Source of the DNA: Octopus vulgaris
Taxonomy: Eukaryota
DNA length: 64,000 nucleotides
NCBI GenBank assembly: GCA_951406725.2
Contig: OX597817.1
Span: 10,912,001-10,976,000, forward strand
Reading direction: 5' to 3'
Below the pieces are notes generated by a model. It saw nothing but the letters and a program-made list of their open reading frames with translations. It had not been told where the DNA came from and ran no database searches. Position numbers and translations under genes: made by a program. This document shows positions 14,067 to 25,908 of this stretch, one piece after another (position 1 is the first letter of the stretch; each line of letters opens with the position of its first letter).

Positions 14067-14278
14067 ATAACTTTTTCTAGTTGATCTTACACAAGTTAGA
14101 CCTCATGTGGGACAGATTATCTACACTTACATTCATCCCAGAATATAATTTCAGTTAATTTTTTTTATAAAATACTTTGGTAATGAATTCATTCAGTTCA
14201 ATGTGATTAGGAAATGTATTGATGATTATCTTTACTTTGAAAGTGAAATGTTTAAACTCTTAACTTCTTTTTATGCAG

Positions 14279-14385
14279 GCTGTGAGGCCAGTCCTGATGT
14301 AAACCTTTCAAGTCAGAAATTTGGTATTAAATTATTTGAACCCACAAAAGAAGGAATGTCAGAAATTTGGCTTCGGTTTGACACA
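14279..14385 (+). CDS. FERMT: kindlin exon, PH domain: [36 protein letters not shown]
   Basis: tgcag acceptor, GTTAGT donor; GCExxPDVN...KFxIKL...EGMxEIWLR motif. Confidence 0.95.
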
Positions 14386-16060
14386 GTTAGTATTGACTTC
14401 CACTACCTGTTCCTGTTTATATGGCTTATTACAAAATTGTAGTAACTGCTTTTGTAAATATTGTAAATACTAAACACAGTGTTATTTATATTCATTGCTA
14501 TACTGAATAGCAAGAAGTCCACAGTGGCCAACATAGCATCTGTAGTTTAGTGTTTTTATATTGAAATATACAGATTGTATAGTTTGTATAATAGAAAAAA
14601 AGTACAAATATAATACTAATATAGAAAAAGTATATTCAAATAAAGTTAAGTGGCAATTTTAAATTGCATGAAATATTTTTCAGAACTATTAAATTCAAAA
14701 CGAAATCAAAATACTTCTTTGTTGTTATACCAGTTAGGTAAACTGCATCACTCACTTATGTGCTTGGCGAAAGCAAAAAATATATTAATAGATAATTGTA
14801 TAGAATTTAATTTCCGTCTTTATAAATTGTTAATTTTACTTTAGCATTTGAAAGTGAAATTGTATAGCGTCTATTTTTATGCGCAGTGTTAGTATGAATA
14901 TCCAGAACTAACACCTGGTGTAGTAGTGATAATATTAATGGCCTTTGATCAGATGTAGCAGAATATTAATAGAATATTAACTGAGCATGTGTGAATATGT
15001 TCGTGGCATGTTTACGCAACAGTGATTATTTGATTGTGACCCATAATTGTGTCACTGGTAGAGATTTGCGAGGGAGTTGTGGATAAAATGCTATTTGACA
15101 CTAGAATTATTCTTATGTAAATTTTATAGGCTGTGGCTGGGACAATAGTGAATGAGAGGAGTTGAGATTTATTCCATAGCAACAAAGGGAATATCTGTAT
15201 AAAGCAGGCAAGTTTCACAATGCAAGTGTTTGTTCTGATAATTAAAGATGTGTCATTATTCATCAAAGCAGTGTTAAACCAGTAGTTTGAACTGAAACAA
15301 AATATGCCTGGATTTATGATTAATGGTTATTTCTTTGAATTTTTGTGTTTACTGCCATGACAGGAAGTTTGACACACATCAGTAAAATATAAGACACAAA
15401 ATACATACTGTTTCCATGGAGTATAATAAAGTTTATTGAAGCGTGTCCTAATAATTCATATCATTGTTAAAAATTTGAGGAAAAGCATAGACATCAGTAA
15501 TAGCATTTCTAAAAAGATTTTTAGGCTAAAACTTGAAAAAAATAAAAAGAGCAATGGGATATCATTTGGTTTACCTACTTAACTCTTTTGTTACTATATT
15601 TCTGTTGAAACCAATGCCTTTGTTTCAATTAATTTTGAAATTAATGAAGAATTTAGTAAAATAACTGTTATCAAGCTGCTTGGAACATAGTTTAGTATAT
15701 TTTAAAGGAAGCTTTTAATTTAAAGCACTTGTAAGCAGGAAGATTGTAACATAGGGGCTGTCTCAAACTGGCTGGTATCTTGTGAAATAGTTATAGCAAA
15801 CTATTTCGTGAGTGGATATGTTTTTAAGAATATAAAACTTATTGAGTGTTCAGAAAAGAAATGTAATTGAGTATTGGAGGCCCTTATTAGGTAACACTGA
15901 AAGGGGTCTCTTTGGATTTTAGAAAGTTGATTCCCCAAAACCGCCCTTTCTAGATCTCAATGTGTAGGTCTCTTTCTTGCTTTTGTGTCCTGCCAAAAGG
16001 CAGCTACCAAATTTAATTATCAATAACAATTTCAACACTAATGTTTGTTACAAATTACAG

Positions 16061-16285
16061 AAAGAACTTTACTGTGACTGGATGGCAGCCTGTAGATTGG
16101 CTTCTAAAGGCAAAACAATGGCAGATAGCACATATGAAAGTGAGGTAATAACACTGAAGACCTTCCTGAGTATGCAAGAACCTGCAGCCGATGACTCAAA
16201 TGTATCATCCAGTGGCTCAGTTCCAGATATCAATGTTGAAGATTTTGTTGCTCCTCGATTTGTAAGAAAACTCAAAGCTGGACAG
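16061..16285 (+). CDS. FERMT: kindlin exon: KELYCDWMAACRLASKGKTMADSTYESEV...FVAPRFVRKLKAGQ
   Basis: ttacag acceptor, GTAAGA donor; diagnostic WMAACRLASKGKTMADS. Confidence 0.97.
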
Positions 16286-16789
16286 GTAAGAGAAATTCAT
16301 ATTAGATTCAGTGACTCTTATATTTTTTTTACAGGGAGTTGTTTACACTCAGCAAAGCCCTAACTGAGTAGATATATGATCAAAGAAGACCTTTCAATTA
16401 TAACTAGTTTTTTTTTGGATAGTCTATTGAAGATTGCATTATTCAATGTGCCCAGTCTGTCTAGGGTTACTGTACATTGCATACTTGTCCTTGCTTGAGT
16501 GAAGTGGTACTAATACTGTAACATTCCTTGTTGATGTTATGATCGGTCACTGTGCATTGAAAGACCAGTGGAACAGAGAAATCCCTTATTTAAATAAAGT
16601 AGCTTTAGTGACAGGAAGAGCATTTGTCATGAAATCCTGTCTCAAATCCTTCCTGCTAACAAACAAATGAAATATATCCTCATTGTTTTCAATATCCACT
16701 TGCATGGGTCAAATGGAATCTGTTGGGACAGATTTTCTATGGTTGGATGTCCTTGTTTCTGATCCTCACCCATTTCCAAATAAGGCTTA

Positions 16790-17062
16790 TATCATTATCA
16801 TCATCGTTTAACGTCTGCTTTCTATGCTAGCATGGAGTGGACAGTTTGGCTGAGGTCTGGCGAACCAAATGGCTGCACCAGGCTCCAATCTGATCTGGCA
16901 GAATTTCTACAGCTGGATGCCCCTCCTAATGCCAACCACTCCAAGAGTTTAGTGGGTGCTTTTACGTGCCACCGGCACGAGGGCCTGTCAGGTGGTACTG
17001 GCAACGGCCACATTCAAATGGTGCTTTTTATGTGCCACCTGCACAGGAGCCAGTCCAGCTGG
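16790..17062 (-). mobile_element. RTE LINE 3' fragment
   Basis: (cat)n plus RTE tail consensus. Confidence 0.7.
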
Positions 17063-17224
17063 TAGGGAGTGGGGGTAAAAATTTCTTTGAGACTGTATTT
17101 AATAATTGTCACTTCCTATCACCGACCCTCAGGGATGTAAACAAGAAATTGCTGTTCTACTCACACCATATTGTGAAGACATGTAGAAAGGAAATGTTCA
17201 TGTACACACACATACACAATGCGA

Positions 17225-17610
17225 TTAACCCTTTAGCATTCAGAATACTGAATGTCCACTCTGCTGGGTGGTTGGTGTTAAAAAGAGCATCCAGCCATAA
17301 AAACTGCCAAAACCCACACAGAAGCCTGCAGTTTTCTGCCTGGTCAACTCCTGTCAAACCATCTAACCAACCCATGCCAGCATGGAAAGCAGACATTAAA
17401 CTATGATGATGATGACAATGATCCTATTAAATGTAATGGCTTATTCATTCACATTGTTTTGAACCGATCTTGCAGTATTTTGTGACTTAAAGATTTTGAT
17501 GTGATTATTTAGTTCTAGGATGACATTGTAGGGTAGGTGTGATAGGCCAGATCCGGTGAATCTGGACATAAAATATTCTATTTTGGCCAGATTGAATGCT
17601 AAAAGGTTAA
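17225..17610. mobile_element. piggyBac-like MITE family 2 interrupted by an RTE tail (~17262-17421)
   Basis: TTAAccctttagcattca ... gaatgctaaaaggTTAA termini. Confidence 0.65.
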
Positions 17611-17757
17611 GTACAGTTTCTATCCACAAATTTCACTCAAAGCTTTGCTTACTTTGAAACTGTATCAAGAGATACCTACCCAAGACAACACACATTGGAA
17701 CAATATCATCCCTGGCACATCACTTGCTGTACACAAATCAATGTCAGTTAAACACAA

Positions 17758-17977
17758 CCTATTTCTTCACTACCCACAAGGGGCTAAACACAGAGGGGAC
17801 AAACGAATTAAGTCGATTACGTCGACCCTGGTGCATAACTGGTACTTGTTTAATCGACCCCGAAAGGATGAAAGGCAAAGTCGACCTCAGCAGAATTTGA
17901 ACTCAGAACATAATGGCAGTTGAAATACCGCTAAGCATTTCACCTGGCATGCTAACGATTCTGCCATCTCTCCGCCT
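17758..17977 (-). mobile_element. Nin/Deu-domain SINE
   Basis: Flanked by TSD tcagttaaacacaacc. Confidence 0.8.
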
Positions 17978-18951
17978 TCAGTTAAACACAACCATGTGTG
18001 TGCATGCATGTATATTACTATAGTATACACAGTTAAACCATAGCATTAACTTGTATAGAGTGTTATGAGATTTCAAGTGTAATCCATCAACATAAAGGAT
18101 TATATCCAATAATCTTTCAAAAACAAACTGGATATTGGGAGATTTGTAAACATCATATTAACCTAAATTTTTCAATTATTCTTTTGAGAATTTAATACAC
18201 GTGTGTTCGTGAATAGAATTAGCTAATTTGGGCTCAATGTTAATACTCTGCAAGCTCAAGAAAAACTAGTGAAATCAGTGAGTTATTCAGGTCACTAGGT
18301 CACTTACAATGTAGCTGTTGGAGTGTAAAATGGATATTTATAATTGTTTATTTACCAGATTAACTCTGGAATGCTATTTAGTTGACTAGAGTGTAGAAGT
18401 TTGGATAGTTCAATTTGCTGACTCGGGTCTTCTTCACAGCAAACCAATTATGCATCTTACTCTTGACCAAAACTCTAAATAATAAGAAATGAGACTGAAG
18501 ATCTAGTCAAGTTAGTCTTGGATTACCTTGTTTAATATCTCGTCTCTTTTTCAGGCATAGTGTATCTAAGAGTACATTATGCAATGTGTTCTTTTTGAAA
18601 GTTAATTTGTGATTTGAAGGAATATGCCTGCTATTTCTAGCAGATCAAGCAACTATGTAAAAGCTTTTTTTTTTTTGCTCACTCTAAACACATTTAAATA
18701 CAAGTCAGTCTTTGAGCAGACATATAAGGAAAAGTATGCCACTCGTGGCCATCTCATCTTTGTGTGGGATGTTTCTTTAATTAAAATGTTAGTGTTATTT
18801 AAGGATAATTTGGCTATTTCTAACGAGTAGAAAGTTTGTTTTCCATTATCATTGGCTTACTTTTAATCTTTTTCGACCATGTCTCTTATTTCGAAAATAA
18901 TCAAGATTTAATCAATATAACTATTTCATTTTAATTTTGTTTGGAATCTAA

Positions 18952-19181
18952 CTTAACCCTTTCATTACCAACCTGGCCAAAACCTGCTCTGGCTCTATAG
19001 TACAAATGTCTTGTTTTCATAAATTTTGAATTAAAATCTTCCACCAAACCTTAGTCACAATTTATATTCTTAACCCTAGATGAATGATAACTAAGTTATT
19101 TTACTAAATTCTTTATTATATTTGAAGTAATTGAAAGAAACACAGAGCATCTCAAAATAAATACAGTAACAAAAGGGTTAA
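18952..19181. mobile_element. piggyBac-like MITE family 1, complete
   Basis: TTAAccctttcattac ... gtaacaaaagggTTAA terminal inverted repeats with TTAA target. Confidence 0.75.
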
Positions 19182-19790
19182 AAGACTTACATAGAACGAT
19201 AAATTTTAATTTATGAACCCTTAAAACGGGCAGTTCCTTTTTGTATCATAGAGGAGGCATTCTTGGACCGTTTAATTATAACGGTTACAAAATATTAAAG
19301 TAATTGATTGTATGTATCTACCAAAATTCTTTAGTAGTAATAATAATAATCCATTCTACTATAGGCACTAGGCCTGAAGTTTGGAGAAGGGAGTTAGATT
19401 ACATCGACCCCAGTGCTTAAATGGTATTTTTTTCATTGATCCTGGAAAGATGGAAGGCAAAGTTGAGCTTGGTGGGATTTGAACTAAGAACATAAAGATG
19501 CTAAACATTTTGTCCAGCAATCCACTGCCTTAATGACAATGTTAGAAGTGTTGATATATTACACGATAATGAAACTAAAGAATATTGCCTCTTGTGTTCT
19601 TATTTGATATAGAAAGTAACATAGCAGACATGTAGTCAGTTTGAATAAATACCATTAGCTTTATGGCTGTTGCCATTTCGAATGCTTAAGGGTTAAAATA
19701 TACTAGAAGTGAATGGAATTCAGATTTACTAGATTATTTTGAATCTTTGAAAATATTTCTCAACTTTATAAGGGTATGCAACTTTTTCCT

Positions 19791-20009
19791 TTAACCCTTT
19801 CATTACCGTATTTATTTTGAGATGCTCTGTGTTTCTTTCAATTATTTTAAATACAACAAAGAATTTAGTAAAATAACTTAGTCATCTTTAAGCTAGTGTT
19901 AGGAACATATATTGTGACAAAGGTTTGGTGGAAGATTTTAATTCAAAACTTATGAAAACAAGACATTTGTACTACAGAACCAGAGCCGGGTTGGTAACAA
20001 AAGGGTGAA
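19791..20009. mobile_element. piggyBac-like MITE family 1, opposite orientation to 18952 copy
   Basis: TTAAccctttcattacc ... gtaacaaaaggg; internal sequence is the reverse complement of 18952-19181. Confidence 0.75.
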
Positions 20010-21384
20010 TTTCAATCTCTTTTGCTAGATTTAGTCTAATCAATTGAAAAAAAAAAACTTTTCTTTTCTGTGGTAGAATGATTGACATTAAAAAAAAAAA
20101 TCTAATGATACTCAGCTGTTGAAATATCTATTTTTGGATACTCAAAAGAAGTGATAAACATAAGTACCAAATTGAGGTCGTAAAGAGAAACCAGACCACT
20201 TCTCTTCTTATCTCATTTTTTCTGAGAAAATCTAAACTTTGATTTTATAAATAGACTTTATAAAATTCAGCATCTAAAATTTTGTTCAGAGTTCAGTCTT
20301 ACTGCATGGTGTCTTGGTTAAGTGCCTTATATAACACCAGATTAATAAATGCCTTATAAATTGGATTTGGTTGAGAGAAACTGAAAAGCCTGTTGTGTGT
20401 GCACACCTCATCTTGATATCACGTGATAGTTAAAGCATGTCATTGTCCTACAAGTGCTATCTTATGAAAGTATGTCTGGTTATGAAGAAACTTGCTCTGA
20501 AACAAGTGATAGTTGGCAACAAGATGGGTTACTACCTGTAGAAAATCTGTTTCAATGAATTCTGTTTGGCCTACAGAAGCATAGAAAAGTGGATGTTAAA
20601 ATTATTTCAAGGAAGAATTAAGCTGAACATAGCAAAGTGATTTAAAACAATACACACTGGTATTTCTTGCCATTATCTTCTCTAGCCTTGTGACAGAATT
20701 ACAATTCTGCACTGTAAGGTATGGGGTTCTTTGCACAGAATCCACTGTTCTCACCTTGATTGTGTAAGGAATTTACCTTGTAGGTAGGTGTCCATCAGGG
20801 ATTAGTTCTCAGCATCTTATAGTTCTCCAGGCAATGACTGTGATATTTAGGATTTACTGTCCATGGAAATTTCATAAGCTGGTGACCCGGTTCTAATATC
20901 TGAATCTGGAGTTCCAAACATAGAAGTGAGACTCAACCTTATGAAGGCAGTTTTAATGAACAGGAAAGGAGGACTCTATTACCGTTTGGGAAAGAGCTAT
21001 GTTTGATAAGGAAAGAAAAAGGGTGGGGGCAAGAATTCCATGTGGTGTACCTAGTGAGAACTCTGTTTCCAATTCCACTATTCCTCCTGGGCACACAAAC
21101 TGAGAAAGGGCTGTTGGTATGGACATGTAATACATATGAAGGATGTCATGTCATTTCATTAAATAAATATGTGATCCAAGTGGAATGAATCAGCTGAAGA
21201 GAAAAGACCAAGGAAGAACTTCCAAAAGTGATAGGAGCTGACTACAATAACTGCCAGGTGCTGTGCTGGAGAAGACTTGTTCAACTCCAACACTATCTTA
21301 AGTTTTTTGAACTACTCTTTTCTTATACACTCTAATTATGAACAGTCAATTAAACAGAATTACCTTTTATTTATTCAGTCTTAA

Positions 21385-21593
21385 CCCTTTAGTGTTCAGA
21401 TTATTCAATCAAACATAATGCTTATTGATTCACATTGATTTGAATTAATCATGCATTATCTCATATCTTCAAGATCTCGATGGTGTAATTACTTAATGTA
21501 GAATAACATTGTAGGGTAGGTGTAAGAGCCTGGATCTGATCAGTTTGAACATAAAACAGATTAACTATTTTGGCCGGTTTAAATACTAAAGGG
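21385..21593. mobile_element. piggyBac-like MITE family 2, complete
   Basis: TTAA-ccctttagtgtt ... aatactaaaggg-TTAA. Confidence 0.75.
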
Positions 21594-21758
21594 TTAATGG
21601 TACTGCAATATTGTGCTTGTGTTGCAGTGCAACTAGGGGAAAATAGTGTAGATTTTGCTAGGTTGACATTTGTTGAATGTTTATGAACTTAGTTAGTCTT
21701 GTATATTAAATTAGTATCCTATCTTTTAATGATAAAATTTTACGTACTTAAATTTCAG

Positions 21759-21905
21759 TTTCTCAAACGTATTAAAGAAGCTCACACCAATGTGAAGAAT
21801 ATGAATTTGACAGAATCCAAGATGGCATACATCAAAGCATGGCAGGCACTACCAGAATATGGCATTACTTATTTTATTATAAAGATGAACAACATGAAAA
21901 AAGAG
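21759..21905 (+). CDS. FERMT: kindlin exon, F2 C-part/F3 start: FLKRIKEAHTNVKNMNLTESKMAYIKAWQALPEYGITYFIIKMNNMKKE
   Basis: tttcag acceptor, GTTTGT donor; RIxEAH.NV...AWQxLPExGIxYF motif. Confidence 0.95.
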
Positions 21906-22164
21906 GTTTGTAGATTTCCTTAAATTTCAAATGTTTGTCTTTTTTTTTCTTAAATCTTAGCAAATTGTTTACCATCTTTTATATTTAGCCATGTTTAACT
22001 TCTCTTTTATGAGCCCAGCTATTACAATAAAGTTTCTTGATGCTTTAAATCTGTTTCATATTTATTAATTTAGTCAAGCACTATAGCTGTTGCAGTTAGT
22101 ATAGTTAGTCAGTTTGGTATTAAGTTCTAACTTGACAACTGTTATGTTTCCAGGTGAAACATTA

Positions 22165-23135
22165 CAGGCGCAGGAGTGGCTGTGTGGTAAGTAGCTTGCT
22201 AAACAACCACATGGTTCTGGGTTCAGTCCCACTGCGTGGCATCTTGGGCAAGTGTCTTCTATAATAATAATAATAATAATAATTGTGTACAGTGCTCAGG
22301 TGCACTACAACTCATCTAAAGTGTATATATAATCAGGTGTAGTTTCGGCGGATTTCGGAAAGCATGAGGGCCTTAAAAGATGCAGTGTCATGGCAGTCAA
22401 CAACTGACGCAGGCAGTTTATTCCATGCTTCAGCAACTCTGAGCGTGAAAAAATGTTTCCGAAAGTCATGGGAGCTGTATTGTTTTCTGACTTTGTAGGC
22501 ATGTCCACGTGTGTTAGACACATGGAGATCAAAAAGGTGTTCAGTGTTGTTGTTGGTGAGGTGGTTGATAACTTTGTGGGTGTTTACCAAGTCCGTCGCC
22601 AAACGCCGGAGCTTCAGTGAATCCATGCCCAGGGAAACAAGGCGCTCAGAATATGGTAGGTGTCTGATGGAGGGTATGCGTTTGGTTGCACGTCTCTGGA
22701 CAGATTCCAGGAGGTCAATGTTCTGTGCAAGATAGGGGTTCCAAACTGATGATGCGAATTCCAAGTGTGGTCGTACCATAGCTGTATACAGTTTTAAATA
22801 GATGGCTGGAGAGCGGCTAACAAAAGACCTGCTGCTATAGCCCGGGCTGACCAATGCCTTGTGAGTGGATTTGGTTGACGGAAACTGAAAGAAGCCTGTC
22901 GTATATATGTATATATATATATGTATGTTTGTGTGTCTGTGTTTGCCCCCCTAGCATTGCTTGACAACCGATGCTGGTGTGTTTACGTCCCCATCACTTA
23001 GCGGTTCGGTAAAAGAGACTGATAGAATAAGTACTGGGCTTACAAAAGAATAAGTCCCGGGGTTGATTTGCTCGACTAAAGGTGGTGCTCCAGCATGGCC
23101 GCAGTCAAATGACAGAAACAAGTAAAAGAGTAAAA
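22165..23135 (+). mobile_element. SINE family A split by a CR1/L2 LINE insertion
   Basis: Head 22165-22260, resumes at gctatagcccggg ~22834. Confidence 0.8.
22262..22829 (-). mobile_element. CR1/L2-type LINE 3' fragment with intact RT C-terminal frame and (ATT)n tail
   Basis: ORF 22333-22854: LYTAMVRPHLEFASSVWNPY...LESVQRRATK...TRGH...FFTLRVAEAWNKLP. Confidence 0.9.
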
Positions 23136-23438
23136 TTACTCTGCATGTTTTACTTTGTCCAACTGTTAACAGAACCAGTTCTTGCTTTAGTTGAATAATT
23201 AACAATTAAAAGGCTATTGCAACATTAAAAGTATAAAGCAGTTTACACCAAGAACACTTTCTCAACCTTATTAGCATGAAGTACTAAAAAGCAGAGCTTC
23301 ACTTTGAAATAAAATTTATTGCAGTTTCTCTGGTTAATTCATTAATCCCATCTTAATTTTTATTGCTTTCTATTCTTTAGTTACTACCTTTTCTACTAGT
23401 GCAAAATATTAATTATAGGACAAAAATAACAAACATTA

Positions 23439-23781
23439 ACTCTTTTACTTGTTTCAGTCATTTGACTGGAGCACTGCCGTTAGTTGAGCAAATCGACCCC
23501 AGGACTTATTCTTTGTAAGCCTAGTACTTATTCTATCCGTCTCTTTTGCCAAACCGCTAAGTTACGGGGACATAAACACAGCAGCTTCGGTTGTCAAACA
23601 ATGCTGGAGGGACAAACACACGACAGGCTTCTTTCAGTTTCCTACTATCAAATCCACTCACAAGGCTTTGGTTGGACCAAGGCTATAGTAGAAGACACTT
23701 GCCCAAAGTGCCACGCAGTGGGACTGAACCCGGGACCATGTGGTTGGTAAGCAAGATACTTACCACACAGCCACTCCTATG
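23439..23781 (-). mobile_element. SINE family A
   Basis: Reverse complement of consensus, central microsatellite deleted. Confidence 0.8.
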
Positions 23782-23967
23782 CTATTAGTTAAACCTTCTC
23801 GTAAAAATACTTCATAAAATGTTTCATTGTTGATGTGATTATTCAACCACTTTACACTTTGACACATATGCTATTAAGATCATAAAACTTATCTAAGTTC
23901 TTTAACATCTACCGGCACACTATATATGGTTTGATATTTTAGCTATATTTACTAGAATTATTTTACT

Positions 23968-24172
23968 AAGCTATAGAAATGAGTTGCGACGTCACAGGTG
24001 CCAAGCTGTATCGGCCCTTGCCTTTCCCTTGGATAACACTGATGGTGTGGAGAGGGGAGACCAGTATGCATGGGCGACTGCTGTTCTTCCATAAAACAAC
24101 CTTGCCAGACTTGTGCCTCAGAGGGTAACTCTCTAGGTGCAAACCCATGGTCAGTGTCTGACCGAAGGGGGT
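23968..24172 (+). mobile_element. SINE family D 3' portion
   Basis: agctatagaaatgagttgcgacgtc...gaccgaaggggg matches ~52970-53175. Confidence 0.65.
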
Positions 24173-24242
24173 AATTTTACTATAACAAAATTTAGCTGTA
24201 CATTTCTTCTGTCTAGACTTATGAAATATTTGTTTCTTGCAG

Positions 24243-24533
24243 GAATTAATTGGTGTGGCAAACAACAGAATCATACGGATGGATCTTCAATCTGGCGACT
24301 CTGTTAAGACATGGCGTTACAACACACTGCAGACATGGACAGTAAACTGGGAAACCCGGCAAGTTATCCTGAAGTTCGAAGAAGAGAATATTGTCTTTGA
24401 CAGTCCCGCAGCAGACTGCAAAGTTGTTCATGAGTTTATAGGCGGTTACATTTTCCTCTCGATGCGTTCTTCTGACAAAAACCAGACATTAGATGAAGCT
24501 CTCTTCCATAAATTAACTGGTGGGAGATTGTAA
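24243..24533 (+). CDS. FERMT: kindlin terminal exon, F3 (PTB-like integrin-binding) subdomain: [14 protein letters not shown]...[19 protein letters not shown]...[10 protein letters not shown]
   Basis: ttgcag acceptor, TAA stop; diagnostic [16 protein letters not shown] and WxVNWE. Confidence 0.97.
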   Translation, partial: ELIGVANNRIIRMDLQSGDSVKTWRYNTLQTWTVNWETRQVILKFEEENIVFDSPAADCKVVHEFIGGYIFLSMRSSDKNQTLDEALFHKLTGGRL

Positions 24534-25836
24534 TCTTGCCCATTAACTTCTGTAGAGACTTGTTGATTTCTGCAAATGTGACCGACCCCGTTACCATTAT
24601 TAAGGAGTCACATTTCTGTTCCTCAACAAACCTGACACATGGATTCTTGCTGTAAACTATTGTATGTATTCCTACGATTCTATCAAGGAGGCAATTATTT
24701 TCTAAAACCCATACATAAGGCATGCAAAACTTCAGAACTTGATTTTCGTCTCTACTAGCTACAAACTTCCATATTTTTTTTTTTTTTTGTATACTTTAAG
24801 TTTTAAGAAAATATCTTGGGGGTTTAAAATATACTTTTATGCTTCTCCATGACAAATTATATATTTAACACACACACATTCACACATTAAAAAAAAGGCT
24901 TTTAATTAAAATACAAAAAAAAAAAAAGGTAGTTGAAAAGAAGGTAATATGAGTTGTCAGCATGAAATTGTTTAGCCTTGTAGGCAAATTTGTATAGATG
25001 CCTTTTTTTTTTTTTCCATAAATAAAGCTGCTTGCTTTCCATGCAGGTGATTCTGTTGAGAGTGTAATCTAGTTTTTACTCTGGAAACCTCTTGCAGATT
25101 AGAGAATGTGTGCACACACATCAACACAAACATTATTAAGCAGTCGCATTTAAAAAAAAAAAAAATGTGAATCAATTTTAGGGCTGAATTTTTAATTACC
25201 TGATAGAACCTGTTTTTATAACATAAATGCAAAAGCCCAGTGGTACTTTGGTAGCTTTACTGTTTTGTTGCTCCTTCACTGAATGATAAGGCAAGAAGCT
25301 TGCAAGGAGGTTCATGTTACCTTACCAATATCACACTTCAGCCATTGATATTGCCACATCTCTCCCTTTATTGCCCCAGATTTCTGCTCTTGCTTCTGGG
25401 GGGGTTTTTTCTTCGTAAAAACAAAATCTTGTGGAATAAGAACGACATTGATAAAACCTTAGGTCAATTCAATTTAATCCCTCACCTCAGCAGTTAAATT
25501 TAAATAACTCTCCCATTAAAATCATTTCTTAAATATTAAATTAAATCTTAAAAAAGAACATTGTTTTAACTGAAAATGTAAAGATTAACTTTATGCTCCA
25601 GCTGGGAGTTACTATCAGCTTAAACTCGCTCAATTCTGGGAGTTTGTGTGTATGTGTGTTAGCATGCATGTTTGAGAGAGAAAAGAACAGAACTTACCTT
25701 GAGTAGTTTTTCATCTGCTCAGTCACAAATAAATTTAACTAATTTGGTTGGGAATCTGGTAGGGGTTTATTTTTAATAGTTAGGGATATGGGAGGGGTTT
25801 ATTTTTATGAATTTTTTTTTTCTAATGAAATTGTAA

Positions 25837-25842
25837 AATAAA
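25837..25842 (+). promoter_or_regulatory. candidate kindlin polyadenylation signal (AATAAA)
   Basis: AATAAA followed by a U/GU-rich tract; an alternative AATAAA lies at 25021. Confidence 0.4.
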
Positions 25843-25908
25843 TTTATTGCTTGTTTTATTGGTCTTTTGTTTTTCTTCAGATTTGAATGTTTCTTCCCTC
25901 CTCCAGCT

